Below, one piece after another: positions 21,401 to 31,898 of a DNA stretch of 64,000 nt. Numbering within the stretch: the stretch's first letter is position 1; each line of letters opens with the position of its first letter. Below the pieces are notes generated by a model, which did no database searches, was not told the origin of the DNA, and was given only the letters and a program-made list of their open reading frames with translations. Location: positions 608,001 through 672,000 of the forward strand of contig CBDCUI010000008.1 of assembly GCA_965222615.1 (NCBI GenBank), given 5' to 3'. This stretch comes from Gammaproteobacteria bacterium (GTDB lineage Bacteria > Pseudomonadota > Gammaproteobacteria > UBA4575). The position numbers were made by a program, and so were the translations under genes.

Positions 21401-22399
21401 ATGAAACATGATATAATTACTGATACTCAATATAAGTTAATGCCCATAATTATCCTCATGATTTTTAAACACATACTGCTTGGTGTTTGTTTTTTATTTT
21501 TCTCGTTAATAAGTGTTGCGCTGCAGAGCGCAGAACAAAATGATTGTGACAAAATTGCAAAAGTTGTTGAAATTGATAAAGGCATATATGTTCGACCTGG
21601 TCAGCATGCCATGGCATTTGAACAAAATAATATTGCAAATATTGGTTTTATTATCGGCGAGAAATGTGTTGCGGTTATTGATACGGGTGGCAGTTATACA
21701 GAAGGTAAAGAATTTGCGTGTGCAATAAAAAAAGTTACTGAAAAACCGATTTGCTATGTGATTAATACTCATGTGCACCCAGATCACATGCTTGGTAATT
21801 TAGCCTTTAAAGATACTAAAACCGAATTTGTGGGACACCATAAATTACCTCGAGCGATGGCAATTTTAGGTCCGACATATTTACAACGTGCTTCTGAACA
21901 CTCTGGGCAAAATTTATCTGAAGATCATATAGTGTTACCTACAACAACAGTGAAAGATACTCTACAACTAGATCTCGGTGGACGTATACTTTTAGTAACT
22001 GCACATCCAACTGCCCATACGGAAACTGACTTGAGTATTTATGATCAGGCGACCAATACTTTATGGCTAGCCGATTTGCTATTCATGGAACATATTCCTG
22101 TAATTGCGGGTAGCTTAAGTGGTTGGTTGAATTTAATTGAGATGTTAAAAACCTCGCCGGCTGAATGTGTCGTACCTGGACATGGTCCAACCAAGGCACC
22201 TTGGCCAGAATCTGCCAGTAATTTGCGACGTTATTTATCTAACTTACAAGTGGAGACACGTGAGTGGATTGCTGAAGGGGGCGATATACAAGGTGCGCAA
22301 AAAAACATAGGGTTAAGTGAAGCAGAACATTGGCAGCTTTTCCAAAACCACCATAAACGTAATGTTATATCTGCATTTACTGAAATTGAGTGGGAATAA
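21401..22399 (+). CDS. Quinoprotein relay system zinc metallohydrolase (SoxH-related MBL fold)
   Basis: THVHPDHMLGN, AHTETDL, VPGHGP, ends EIEWE; start uncertain. Confidence 0.85.
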   Translation: MKHDIITDTQYKLMPIIILMIFKHILLGVCFLFFSLISVALQSAEQNDCDKIAKVVEIDKGIYVRPGQHAMAFEQNNIANIGFIIGEKCVAVIDTGGSYTEGKEFACAIKKVTEKPICYVINTHVHPDHMLGNLAFKDTKTEFVGHHKLPRAMAILGPTYLQRASEHSGQNLSEDHIVLPTTTVKDTLQLDLGGRILLVTAHPTAHTETDLSIYDQATNTLWLADLLFMEHIPVIAGSLSGWLNLIEMLKTSPAECVVPGHGPTKAPWPESASNLRRYLSNLQVETREWIAEGGDIQGAQKNIGLSEAEHWQLFQNHHKRNVISAFTEIEWE

Positions 22400-22452
22400 G
22401 CTAGATGAGTAAAATTTTGCGATTGAACGGATTTATAGTATAGAAGTCTTAT

Positions 22453-22597
22453 TAGAACCTATCTCAAAATTGAAGATTTTATGTTTAGGCGAGGCCCGAG
22501 TTTTTCGAAAAGCACAGTGTACACGTCAGTACATGAGCATTTGAGAAAAACGAGAACAAAGCATAAGCGGAAAAGATTAATTTTGAGATAGGTTCTA
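22453..22597. mobile_element. 145-bp MITE with perfect 19-bp terminal inverted repeats (RPE-like core)
   Basis: TAGAACCTATCTCAAAATT ... AATTTTGAGATAGGTTCTA; core AGTGTACACGTCAGTACATGAGCAT is related to a copy near 40510. Confidence 0.8.
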
Positions 22598-22648
22598 GTT
22601 ATAATGTTGGCCTTGAGTGTTACATTTGTTCTCAATTTTGGAGTCACT

Positions 22649-23536
22649 ATGATACCAGGCAAGAATAATCCAGGACGAAAAAGTCTTTTTTGGATCCTGT
22701 TATTAACGGTTTTCACCCTATTTCCTGTATTTTCGACTGCAGCAGATGATCCCAATGCTACTTGGGATGCAGGTCTACGCCAACATTATTTTAGTGATAA
22801 AACCATTTTTGAAACAGGTGAGGTGGTTGAATTAGATGCGCCTGTGCGAGCTGAAAATGGTGCAATAGTCCCCATCAAGATTTTCTCTAAATTTCCTCAA
22901 TCTGAGGAGCGATTTATTAAAACTATTACTTTGTTAATTGATGAAAATCCCGTGCCCTGGGCAGGTACATTTCACTTCACCCCACGTAGTGGACGTGCAG
23001 ATTTGGATTTACGTATTCGTGTTAATTCTTACAGTAATGTGCGCGCTATTGCAGAAACCAATGATGGCGAATTACATATGGCAACGCGTTTTGTTAAAGC
23101 CAGTGGCGGCTGTTCCGCGCCGGTGGGTACTGATTTAGAAGCGGCTATGGCACGTTTAGGTAAGATGAAATTTCGCACAAAATCAGAACAAGGTTTAAGT
23201 GAACCTTTGCAAGCTCAATTGGCTATAAGTCATCCTAATGTTACCGGTATGCAAATGGACCAAGTAACCAGAATGTATGCGCCAGCTCATTTTGTTAAGG
23301 AAGTTAAAATAAGTTTCAAAGGAGAGCTTATATTTTCTGCTGAGACTGATATATCCATAAGTGAAAACCCTAACTTTAAGTTTTTCTTCATTCCTCAGGA
23401 AGAAGGAGAGCTAATTGCTGAAGTTACAGATTCAAATGGACTTCAGTTTTCTCAAGTGTATGAAGTAAATGATAGATCTGTTCTAGAAAAAATTACCGAT
23501 CAGGTATCTGAGGATACTAATCAGGAAAAGATATAA
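22649..23536 (+). CDS. Quinoprotein dehydrogenase-associated fused SoxYZ-like carrier
   Basis: AP.RAENGAIVP, RIRVNSYS.VRA, FVKASGGCSAP, HPN.TGMQMDQ, ISISENP. Confidence 0.88.
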   Translation: MIPGKNNPGRKSLFWILLLTVFTLFPVFSTAADDPNATWDAGLRQHYFSDKTIFETGEVVELDAPVRAENGAIVPIKIFSKFPQSEERFIKTITLLIDENPVPWAGTFHFTPRSGRADLDLRIRVNSYSNVRAIAETNDGELHMATRFVKASGGCSAPVGTDLEAAMARLGKMKFRTKSEQGLSEPLQAQLAISHPNVTGMQMDQVTRMYAPAHFVKEVKISFKGELIFSAETDISISENPNFKFFFIPQEEGELIAEVTDSNGLQFSQVYEVNDRSVLEKITDQVSEDTNQEKI

Positions 23537-23572
23537 TCTTTACTAAAGTAAGTTTTCGTCAATCCTTGTAAC

Positions 23573-24076
23573 TCATTCTTCTGCTGCATTATCAACTACT
23601 CGCTTAAGTAGTGCATTAGTTTCCATGCAAATTTCCACACACCTGGAGTCATTTTCAGGCACGAGTTGAGCATCGACTTGTACTTTTCCGTTTTGTTCCC
23701 ATACGGCAATTCTGCAGGGCATAATAGTCACATATTCGGGATCGATTTCGAGAAACTTTTTTGCCGATTCTAAATTGCATGAATTTACAATGGCATAATT
23801 CGGAAAGTCAATTTCATGACGTTTGGCAATTACTTTGCCAACACTGTTAATTGAAGTGATGTTGTAATTTTCGTTACCTATAGCCGTTTCAAGATCAAGC
23901 ATAACATCATCGAAACTTTTATTTGTAGTAACACGATAACGATTCGCAGATTCTTTTACGCAATTGGTTTGCAAAAAATTTTCGGGTTGTTCACTTTTTT
24001 GTGGCGTAAGAAAAATAAATGTACTAAGCAGAGTAATCCCAAGCAGAATGACAACTAGAAGTAAAATTCGGTGCAT
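23573..24076 (-). CDS. DUF302 family protein
   Basis: CNLESA..IMPCRIAVWE..GKV motif; N-terminal TM. Confidence 0.75.
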   Translation of the reverse strand: MHRILLLVVILLGITLLSTFIFLTPQKSEQPENFLQTNCVKESANRYRVTTNKSFDDVMLDLETAIGNENYNITSINSVGKVIAKRHEIDFPNYAIVNSCNLESAKKFLEIDPEYVTIMPCRIAVWEQNGKVQVDAQLVPENDSRCVEICMETNALLKRVVDNAAEE

Positions 24077-24085
24077 GTAGAAAAA

Positions 24086-25126
24086 TTAACTTGCTAATAA
24101 ATCGCTTAAAATATTGTTAATCTCTGTAAAGTCGCGTTCATTCAATCCCAGCATAGCGAAATGACCCCATAGGGTATCAATTACATGGAGTTCACTGTTT
24201 TTTATCATCTCTTGCTCATATTTGCAGTCACGTACTGGGAAAAACATATCTTCAGAAAATGCTACCACTGCAGTTTTTGCCGTAATTTGGGCAAGTGCTT
24301 TTTTCAAATCGCCCTCATAAAGTTGGCTGGAATCGCCATGTTTCCATTTGTCGGCCATAGTGAGTAGGGCATTTGGATCCATAGGCGCAAACCAGCCCTG
24401 CCAAAATCCAGTTAAAAATTCATCTTTAGATTTGAAGTCAAGTTTTTTCCATTCTTCCTGTTTATAAAATTCAGTACAGACGCCCATTAACGCAAATACA
24501 TTCGCTAGTCTACGTAGTCCCGCATCTACTGCATTTGCTTTTGTATACTCTCCATTATTCCAGGCAAGATCAGAGCGTAGGGCGTCACAGAATACATCTA
24601 CGTATAGTGCATCATGAGGAGTGCATTTTGCCGTTCCGGCAATTGGTGCGGCACGTTTTACCATATCAGGGTAACGAATGGCCCATTCGTAAGTTTGCTG
24701 TGCTCCCATGGACCAGCCTGTTACTAATTCGACACTTTTAATGCCTAAATGCTCACATAATTGATGCTGTGCTCGCACATCATCGGAAATACTTAGTTTA
24801 GGAAACTTGGACATGGAACGTGGATCAGGGGTGTTATGCGGTGAGCTGGATAAACCATTACCAAGTTGATTTGGAATGACCACAAAATATTTGTCTGGGT
24901 CCATGGCTAAACCAGGTGCCACATAGTGTTTTAAACTACCACTCGTGCCTGAAAACATTACTGGGAAAAGAATAGCGTTATCGCCATTAGAGTTTAACTT
25001 TCCATGTGTAGCATAGGCTAGTTTCGTATCAGGTAATTTCCCACCGCGATCTAATTCAAATTCACCAAGATTGAATATCTCAAAATCACCATGATTTTCT
25101 TTTGAGTAAAAGTCGTTTGTTATCAT
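24086..25126 (-). CDS. Homoserine-acetyltransferase-fold esterase (MekB/CgHle-like)
   Basis: NQLGNGLSSS, GWSMGAQQTYEW, DMFFP..D, WGH. Confidence 0.8.
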   Translation of the reverse strand: MITNDFYSKENHGDFEIFNLGEFELDRGGKLPDTKLAYATHGKLNSNGDNAILFPVMFSGTSGSLKHYVAPGLAMDPDKYFVVIPNQLGNGLSSSPHNTPDPRSMSKFPKLSISDDVRAQHQLCEHLGIKSVELVTGWSMGAQQTYEWAIRYPDMVKRAAPIAGTAKCTPHDALYVDVFCDALRSDLAWNNGEYTKANAVDAGLRRLANVFALMGVCTEFYKQEEWKKLDFKSKDEFLTGFWQGWFAPMDPNALLTMADKWKHGDSSQLYEGDLKKALAQITAKTAVVAFSEDMFFPVRDCKYEQEMIKNSELHVIDTLWGHFAMLGLNERDFTEINNILSDLLAS

Positions 25127-25170
25127 GACTATTTCTCCATTGTTATTTTTTATTGATAGTAAGTCATTAC

Positions 25171-25980
25171 TTAATAAGCTTCGTCAAGTAGCTCTCGCAC
25201 TTCCTTTTGATAATTTTTCTCCGAAATCAAACCTTTTTGTTTCATATATTTGAGTTTAGCAAGCTCTTCCTTCATCGTGCTCAGTCTATCGGAATCAACA
25301 TTTTCATCATCTGTTGTATGAAGTGGTTCTATTGTGTATCCAAGTATTAGATTTGTATCAATACTTATCCAGTCTGATCGTTTAACACCATTTATATCTT
25401 TTTCTTTTGTCACAATATTATTAGCAATCAAATTGAAATCAATTTTATTTGAGGGCACTGAGCGTGAACCAAATTGCGAAGAATCATTAATCAGAAGTTG
25501 TCTATCATTTGCAGTATTAGAGTTTTTTGGATCTTGGATTTCAGCAAATAGTAGATGTAGTTTACCATCACGCCAGAAAGCTCGGCCATGCTTAACAGCA
25601 AGATTCGCTGAATTTCCGTTGTCAGATTGAGTTTTAAACATGATATCTTGCTCAGGACTTGCTTTTGCAAGTGCACTGGATAATGTTTGGCTAAGTATAA
25701 GAATTTCGCTGTCGCCAAATAGACGGTTATTACTCCTATTTTTTTTTGGTATTTTAACCAAAACTGATGAGAGTATTTTAGAAAGAGAAAAAACAGAAAC
25801 TATTACTGGTTGGTGATTGGAAATTGCATCTTTGTTGTCTTGTGGTACAAGAGCGACAAATTGATTGTCAAACATAAAAATCAGCTTATCTTCAAATTCG
25901 CTTGACACACTTGTGGGTGTGACAATTAACACGCATAAAGTCACCACAATAATTCGGTATATTAGATGTAGTTTGTACAC
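25171..25980 (-). CDS. Exported protein with C-terminal SHOCT-like helix
   Basis: Signal peptide; ends ELAKLKYMKQKGLISEKNYQ; paralog of 26141-27022. Confidence 0.7.
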   Translation of the reverse strand: MYKLHLIYRIIVVTLCVLIVTPTSVSSEFEDKLIFMFDNQFVALVPQDNKDAISNHQPVIVSVFSLSKILSSVLVKIPKKNRSNNRLFGDSEILILSQTLSSALAKASPEQDIMFKTQSDNGNSANLAVKHGRAFWRDGKLHLLFAEIQDPKNSNTANDRQLLINDSSQFGSRSVPSNKIDFNLIANNIVTKEKDINGVKRSDWISIDTNLILGYTIEPLHTTDDENVDSDRLSTMKEELAKLKYMKQKGLISEKNYQKEVRELLDEAY

Positions 25981-26140
25981 AATAGCGATGTTTAAAAAGT
26001 TACCTTAAATGTAAAATAGTATTCGTTAGATGGGTTAATTGCATCTGAAGATGCGCAGTTACAGTGGACAGTAGGCGGCAAATTAAAATTCTAAGTATTT
26101 AAAATTTTTACAGTGCTTATATCTATGTCAATTACAAAGG

Positions 26141-27022
26141 TTAATATGTCTCGTCAACCAGTTCTTTAACTTTTTGTTGGTAAATTTCTTCAGAAATTAA
26201 ACCTTCTTCACGTAATTCTTTCAATTCAGAGAGGCGTTGTTTTAAAGGCAGGTGTTGATTTGCGCTTGCAGGGACAGCAATATTTACATTATTAGCGGTA
26301 GGCAGCGAATTTGTAACTGTTTGTTCTGATTCAGTTGTCTTGCCTAAAACAACGTTAGGGTCGATGGTTATCCAATCTAATCGCACTTTATTATTGTTAT
26401 CTTTATACTGAACAATACCTGGTACAGGAGCGAATACTATATCTACTCTATCTGATTCTGAAGTGCGAGAACCAAACTTGCGTATATACTTATCTTCTTG
26501 TTTTTGCCCATACACCCATTTGGTTTTATCACCACTATGCACTTCGCCAAAGATGATATGCAATTGATTGTCAAGCCAAAAAGCACGCCCAGTGTTAATG
26601 GTTTTACGTTTTGTAATTCCTCCAAGTTGTTCTCTGCCACCATGGATGCGAAATAAAATATCTTCACGAGGAGAAGCAGTTTTTAATGCCTCGACAAAAA
26701 TTCTACTTAACACTTCAATTTCATATTCTGAAAATAATGGAATACCAAGATCAGCTTTCTTGCCTCCAAATGAGAATCTGCTTCTTTTTTCGCCTACAGA
26801 TATTGCGTACAATATTTCTGCAATCGTATCTTCAGGTACTTCAGCGGGATGATCATTTGCAGAGGCAGTAGAACTATCTTGGGGTACGACAGATACAAAT
26901 TGTTCTTCTATTTGCCAAATAATTTTACCAGGTGGATTAGTCGCAGCTACACTTGAGTCATGTGCAATAAATAAAAAAATGATGACTGTTATGCTGGCTA
27001 AGGCCCTTAAAGTAGTAGTCAA
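26141..27022 (-). CDS. Exported protein with C-terminal SHOCT domain
   Basis: RLSELKELREEGLISEEIYQQKV; shares QFV..VPQD, ASP..DI.F and GRAFW with its neighbour. Confidence 0.75.
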   Translation of the reverse strand: MTTTLRALASITVIIFLFIAHDSSVAATNPPGKIIWQIEEQFVSVVPQDSSTASANDHPAEVPEDTIAEILYAISVGEKRSRFSFGGKKADLGIPLFSEYEIEVLSRIFVEALKTASPREDILFRIHGGREQLGGITKRKTINTGRAFWLDNQLHIIFGEVHSGDKTKWVYGQKQEDKYIRKFGSRTSESDRVDIVFAPVPGIVQYKDNNNKVRLDWITIDPNVVLGKTTESEQTVTNSLPTANNVNIAVPASANQHLPLKQRLSELKELREEGLISEEIYQQKVKELVDETY

Positions 27023-27121
27023 AGTTGAGTCCTTCTTAAGTTCTTATCTTATTTAAGAATACCTGGAAAGTGCATTGCTGCAAAATTATTTTCTTATTGG
27101 AAAGAGATGTAAAGCGGCAAT

Positions 27122-27152
27122 AAAAAAGGCGCGAATTATTCGCGCCTTTTTT
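27122..27152. terminator. Intrinsic terminator downstream of porin (bidirectional form)
   Basis: AAAAAAGGCGCGAATTATTCGCGCCTTTTTT. Confidence 0.85.
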
Positions 27153-27182
27153 ATAGGGCTAAAAAGCCATGTTTTACGAAAA

Positions 27183-28433
27183 TTAGAAGAACAATATTGC
27201 ACCTAGTGCCAGTAGATCTTCTTCAGCTTCATTACCATTATGCGCTTCTGCCTCAGTTTGAGTGTACTCAGCAACGAGATTAAGTGCATTGGTTACAGGG
27301 TGATAAATACCAAAGATTAACGACTCATTGGTTTCAACTAGGTTTGTACCTGCATCTGCAGCATTGTCATCGAGGTTACTTTCTCCGAAGCTGATTCCTA
27401 TCTTTGTTCCAGAACCAGGTACTGTAAACATACCTTGGATATAGCCACCATCTGATTCACGTTCATCGCCAGTCGCATCAAAACCATCTAGCAAGAAGCC
27501 GGTAGTGCCAATGCCATCGCCATCATAGTAGTAACCCACTAAACTTACAGGACCAATATCAAACTTGGCGCCTACATCAAAGCCATCTGCATCCCCAGTT
27601 CCGACAGTTTGAAAATCAACATCTTGTTGAATATAGCTAGCCCATACTTTACCACTAGAAAATGTATAGCCAACCTTCGCTTCAATGCCATAGGTATCAC
27701 CATCTTGGCCTGCGCCAGCTGCGGTTGCACTTAATCCAGATAGACTTCCAGCACCCCATGGATCAACAAGAGCTGCTGAAAATGAAAATCCATTCCAATT
27801 TGGTGAATTATATTGCAGCTGTGCTTTCCAATCGGCATACATATAACCCACACCAATTCGGCCTAACGTAGTATTACCACCGTTAGCAGTAAGGTCTGAG
27901 GCTGTGCCCACACCAAGTAGGGTCATATCATTTAAAATGGCATCTGAAGCAAATAAGCCGAGGTCTCGTCCGATTTTGAAGGTACCCCACCTTTCTTTAT
28001 TGCCAAATTCTATGAAAACTTGTCGAAAGTTCGATGAGTTGAGACCGAGAGCACCGTCAAGCGGACCTCCCAGAGCGCTGTTCGTGTCTACGCCAGGTTG
28101 AAAACCGAGAGTGACACCGGTGTAAAATCCAGCACTATTAGTAGTTTCAGCATGAAATCCTAACCAAGAAGGCAGTAAGCCTGTTTGAACATTATTTTCA
28201 TCTGAATCAATTCCATCCGACCCGCAAGCCAAACCTCCAGCTACACCCCCGATATCTTTAGAATCACACTCTATATCGGTAACAAAGGCATTTACATTGC
28301 CACTGAATTGAATATCCACGTCACCCATTTTCATCTTCAGACCATCAAAACCATCTGCATAACTCATTATGGGTGTAGCTGCCAGTAAGGCGAGCACACA
28401 TGTACACACAAAAGAGTTTTGAAACATTTTCAT
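27183..28433 (-). CDS. Outer-membrane porin
   Basis: Signal peptide, beta-strand pattern, WGTFKIGRDLGLF, C-terminal aromatic (LFF). Confidence 0.88.
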   Translation of the reverse strand: MKMFQNSFVCTCVLALLAATPIMSYADGFDGLKMKMGDVDIQFSGNVNAFVTDIECDSKDIGGVAGGLACGSDGIDSDENNVQTGLLPSWLGFHAETTNSAGFYTGVTLGFQPGVDTNSALGGPLDGALGLNSSNFRQVFIEFGNKERWGTFKIGRDLGLFASDAILNDMTLLGVGTASDLTANGGNTTLGRIGVGYMYADWKAQLQYNSPNWNGFSFSAALVDPWGAGSLSGLSATAAGAGQDGDTYGIEAKVGYTFSSGKVWASYIQQDVDFQTVGTGDADGFDVGAKFDIGPVSLVGYYYDGDGIGTTGFLLDGFDATGDERESDGGYIQGMFTVPGSGTKIGISFGESNLDDNAADAGTNLVETNESLIFGIYHPVTNALNLVAEYTQTEAEAHNGNEAEEDLLALGAILFF

Positions 28434-28715
28434 CTTAATTTCTCCCTCAATCGAAGTAGTTAGTCGTTTAAAAGTCAGCCTAGTAATTTTAGGAATAAAA
28501 ACTCCTAAGCCATTGAAAGAACATAAGTATTTTTCTAATCAGCTTTTATTATCTATATTTATGTGCCGGTTTATATTATTAATACTGTGACAATGATAAC
28601 AATTTGTGGTTCATTTTCCACAAAAATATCAAATTTTTTTTTATTAGTATAAAATTTGTTGTGAAAATACAACAAATCGAGGTCAATTAATAAGTTCCGG
28701 GGGTCTTTTTAAGGA

Positions 28716-29471
28716 CTACCTCAATAGCTCGGGGTGCTTGCCGATAATCTCTTTCCTCAGATGTTCGATGGTGCTGTGGTCACGACCACGAGCATAAGAT
28801 TGCAAGGAAATTTCTTCGATAATGGTGGCAGGCTCCTGACTTAATACCACTAATCGATCTGCTAGAAATAGAGCTTCACGTAAATTATGTGTAACAAACA
28901 ACACAGCCAGTTCTTGTTTAGCGAGTTGGTTTAGCAATAAATCGCGCAAGCGTTCAGCAGTGGGTTCATCTAGGGACACAAAAGGTTCGTCCATTAATAA
29001 CAGTGGTGCCTTTACGGCGAACGCACGTGCGAGGGATACTCGTCTTGCCATACCCAATGAAATTTGGCGAGGATATTTATCTTTTACTTCAGCCAATCCC
29101 ATGCTTTGTAAAAGTGAATCCAATTCGGCAGTATGTTCATCAGGCGAATCTATCGACAGCGCCAAATTTTCACCTACAGTTCGCCAAGGCAATAACAGAG
29201 GATTTTGAAATACATACGATACTGGAATATGTCCATTTTGTATTTTCGGTAGTTGCACTGTGCCTTCATAATCTTGGTCAATATTGGCAACGATATTGAG
29301 CAGAGTTGTTTTGCCGCAACCAGATGGCCCAGTAATTACTACTAGTTCATTGCTTGCTATTTGTAAACTTATATTTTCAAGTACAGTTTTAGGTGCATGT
29401 TTTGCCGCAGCAAAACACTTCTTTCGAATTGATACGTCAAGTTGAACTTGTTTAACGCCAGCGCGTTGCAT
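28716..29471 (-). CDS. NitT/TauT-type ABC ATP-binding protein
   Basis: GPSGCGKTT, ISLGMARR, LMDEPF, VTH. Confidence 0.9.
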   Translation of the reverse strand: MQRAGVKQVQLDVSIRKKCFAAAKHAPKTVLENISLQIASNELVVITGPSGCGKTTLLNIVANIDQDYEGTVQLPKIQNGHIPVSYVFQNPLLLPWRTVGENLALSIDSPDEHTAELDSLLQSMGLAEVKDKYPRQISLGMARRVSLARAFAVKAPLLLMDEPFVSLDEPTAERLRDLLLNQLAKQELAVLFVTHNLREALFLADRLVVLSQEPATIIEEISLQSYARGRDHSTIEHLRKEIIGKHPELLR

Positions 29472-30225
29472 GGTTTTCTAAAGGTTGCAGAATAAAAAAT
29501 TCGACTGCTTGCATGATGACTATAAAAGTAAGTGCCCATGCCAAAATGGCTGAGATGTCGAATAGCTGAAAATAAAGGTGCAATTGAAAACCAACTCCAT
29601 TGCTCCTGCCTAGAAGTTCCACGACTAGTACAATTTTCCAAATTAATGCAATACCAGAACGTGCCGCTGCAACAATATATGGTTCTAGTTGAGGCAATAC
29701 CACGTGACGAAGAGTCTTCCAGCGGCCAAATTTAAAAACCTCTGCCATATTTTGTAATTGGGGATCTAATGCCTTAACGCCTTCGCGCACTGTAACGACC
29801 ACATTGGGAATTTTATTTACTGCGACCGCAGTGATAGCAGCAACTTCCGTTAGACCGGCCCAGATATATGCAAGGATTATGATTACTAAAGCAGGTATAT
29901 TTAAGAAAAATATTAGCCAAGGATCAAAAAGTTTATTGATGATTGTTATTCTGCCCATTGCTAAGCCCACACTTACCCCTACTACCATGGCGATAATAAA
30001 GCTTAGTGCTACACGTCCAAGAGTAATGCCGGTGTGATAAAACAGTGATTGTGACCGTGCTTCTTCAAGTAAGCGTTGTACGACAGTTATCGGGGTAGGT
30101 AAAAGTTTATGGCTTAATAAATGTGATGCGATTAGCCACAATAAGATGAACGCAACTATTGATACGAGTGTAATGATAAATGAAGACTGTTTTGACAACG
30201 GACTGTAATCGGAGTCTAGGCGCAC
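29452..30225 (-). CDS. NitT/TauT-type ABC permease
   Basis: SsuC/TauC-like TM pattern, VVLPQL, VELLGRSNGVG. Confidence 0.88.
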   Translation of the reverse strand: MRLDSDYSPLSKQSSFIITLVSIVAFILLWLIASHLLSHKLLPTPITVVQRLLEEARSQSLFYHTGITLGRVALSFIIAMVVGVSVGLAMGRITIINKLFDPWLIFFLNIPALVIIILAYIWAGLTEVAAITAVAVNKIPNVVVTVREGVKALDPQLQNMAEVFKFGRWKTLRHVVLPQLEPYIVAAARSGIALIWKIVLVVELLGRSNGVGFQLHLYFQLFDISAILAWALTFIVIMQAVEFFILQPLENHATRWR

Positions 30226-30271
30226 AGTACATTTACCAAAATTTAATTTTTATTCTATTAGATGCAGAGAT

Positions 30272-31261
30272 TTAAAATTCAAGCTTATTCCAAAAAGTGC
30301 CGGGAGACAGTTGTTTGTTGTCTCCAACGAGTTTTGTTCCACCTTCTCCCGCTAGTATGCTCATCATGATAACTGCAGCTGCGCGTTCTTGTTCAGTCCA
30401 TTTTTGTGGGATTCCCTCACGATATCGTTTACGTAATGCGCTAAAGGTTTCATTATTTTCCACTCTCATTATTTCACGCAATTGATCCCATTCCTTATCA
30501 TCGGTTTCCATTAGTCCGCGTGCTTTTATGGTCGCTGCAGAAAATGCTAACACAGTGGCTTCATTTTCATTTGCCCAATTTTCGTCAAATACATACCCCA
30601 GCATTGGAAGCTGAACATTGAATCCTAATAAATCAGACACGACCTCTTGCATGGAAATCAGGCGCCTGTATCCTTGGGTTTCCAAGCGTGTGCAGTAGTG
30701 CCAATAATTCAATACGGCATCGAGTTGGTTATTTTGGATCTGGCCATTTAGCAATGGAGGAGCAGCAAACTTAGGTGAAACATCGTGCTCCAGGTCTATA
30801 TCATAACGTTGCTTGGAATAGAGTTTTAACATCAACCAACTTTTATCTAAAGCCCCACCCGCGACACCTAAATCTTTTGCTTGTAAATCTTTTAATTCCA
30901 ATATCGTGGAATCATCAGGCACCATTACAGCACCTAACGCAGCCGAATAAGGAATAAAAGTAAAGGGTTTGTCATTGCCACGCTGTCTGGATACCCAAAT
31001 CCAATCAGATACTACGATGTCTACATCATTGCTTTGTAGTGCTACAAGGGTTGCTTGTGTACTTGCAAAGGGGATGACTTCTATATTAATACCTTCTGCA
31101 GTATCAAGTTTATTGCGTTTGATGACATCAAGCTCCCAGCTTACGGTTCCATACTTTAGCACTCCGACTTTGACGATTTCGGTCGCTGACACTGATCCAC
31201 TCAAGAAAAACAGTATGTAAATTGTGGATAAGACTAGGGAAATTGACTTTAACTTGCCCAT
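30272..31261 (-). CDS. NitT/TauT-type ABC substrate-binding protein
   Basis: Signal peptide; GVLKYGTVSWEL, DWIWVSRQR, GVAGGALDKSW. Confidence 0.85.
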   Translation of the reverse strand: MGKLKSISLVLSTIYILFFLSGSVSATEIVKVGVLKYGTVSWELDVIKRNKLDTAEGINIEVIPFASTQATLVALQSNDVDIVVSDWIWVSRQRGNDKPFTFIPYSAALGAVMVPDDSTILELKDLQAKDLGVAGGALDKSWLMLKLYSKQRYDIDLEHDVSPKFAAPPLLNGQIQNNQLDAVLNYWHYCTRLETQGYRRLISMQEVVSDLLGFNVQLPMLGYVFDENWANENEATVLAFSAATIKARGLMETDDKEWDQLREIMRVENNETFSALRKRYREGIPQKWTEQERAAAVIMMSILAGEGGTKLVGDNKQLSPGTFWNKLEF

Positions 31262-31390
31262 GATGTTGGTGCCTATTTGTAAAATTTTGAAATTTTTTAT
31301 GATAATAATCTATTCTATATAAAATTTATGACATGTTAAGCTGTCTATGTAGTGCTTCTGGGTAGTAATTAGTAATCAAGGAGAAATTAA

Positions 31391-31801
31391 ATGTTTAATA
31401 GCGGAGTTAATGATAAACGGTTGGGTATATTGTCGGTTGGTCTATTATTTTGCTTATTTTCAGCACCTAGCTTTGCTGGAGATGCGGCATCAGGAGAAAA
31501 AGTCTTTGTAAAATGTAAAGCATGTCATGCAGTAGAGCCAGACGTATCTAAAATTGGTCCCAGTCTTTATGGAGTGATGGGGCGTAAAGCAGGTAGTTTA
31601 GAAAGTTTTCCTGGGTTTTCTGATGCTATGAAGTCTTCAGGGATAACTTGGGATGAAGAAGCCTTGAAAGAATTTCTCAAGAGCCCACTGTCCAATATGA
31701 AGGGTACTAAAATGGCGTTTATGGGACTGAAGAGTGAAGAAGAACTTGAGGATGTCATAGCTTATCTTGCGCAGTTTTCTGATGAGGGCGCATCTGAATA
31801 A
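31391..31801 (+). CDS. Class I cytochrome c (c2/c550-like)
   Basis: CKACH, KIGPSLYGV.GRKAG, GTKMAF. Confidence 0.93.
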   Translation: MFNSGVNDKRLGILSVGLLFCLFSAPSFAGDAASGEKVFVKCKACHAVEPDVSKIGPSLYGVMGRKAGSLESFPGFSDAMKSSGITWDEEALKEFLKSPLSNMKGTKMAFMGLKSEEELEDVIAYLAQFSDEGASE

Positions 31802-31898
31802 AAAATTAATATTTACAAGTAAGAATTTTTATATTTATTTAAGGCTCTTCATGTAAAGGGCATGTTATATACATGTGCTTTTTCAAAACACACCTCAA

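Noticed and set aside
22649-23536. Sox sulfur-oxidation pathway
   Set aside because: Fused SoxYZ-like form with internal Cys and no soxABCDX
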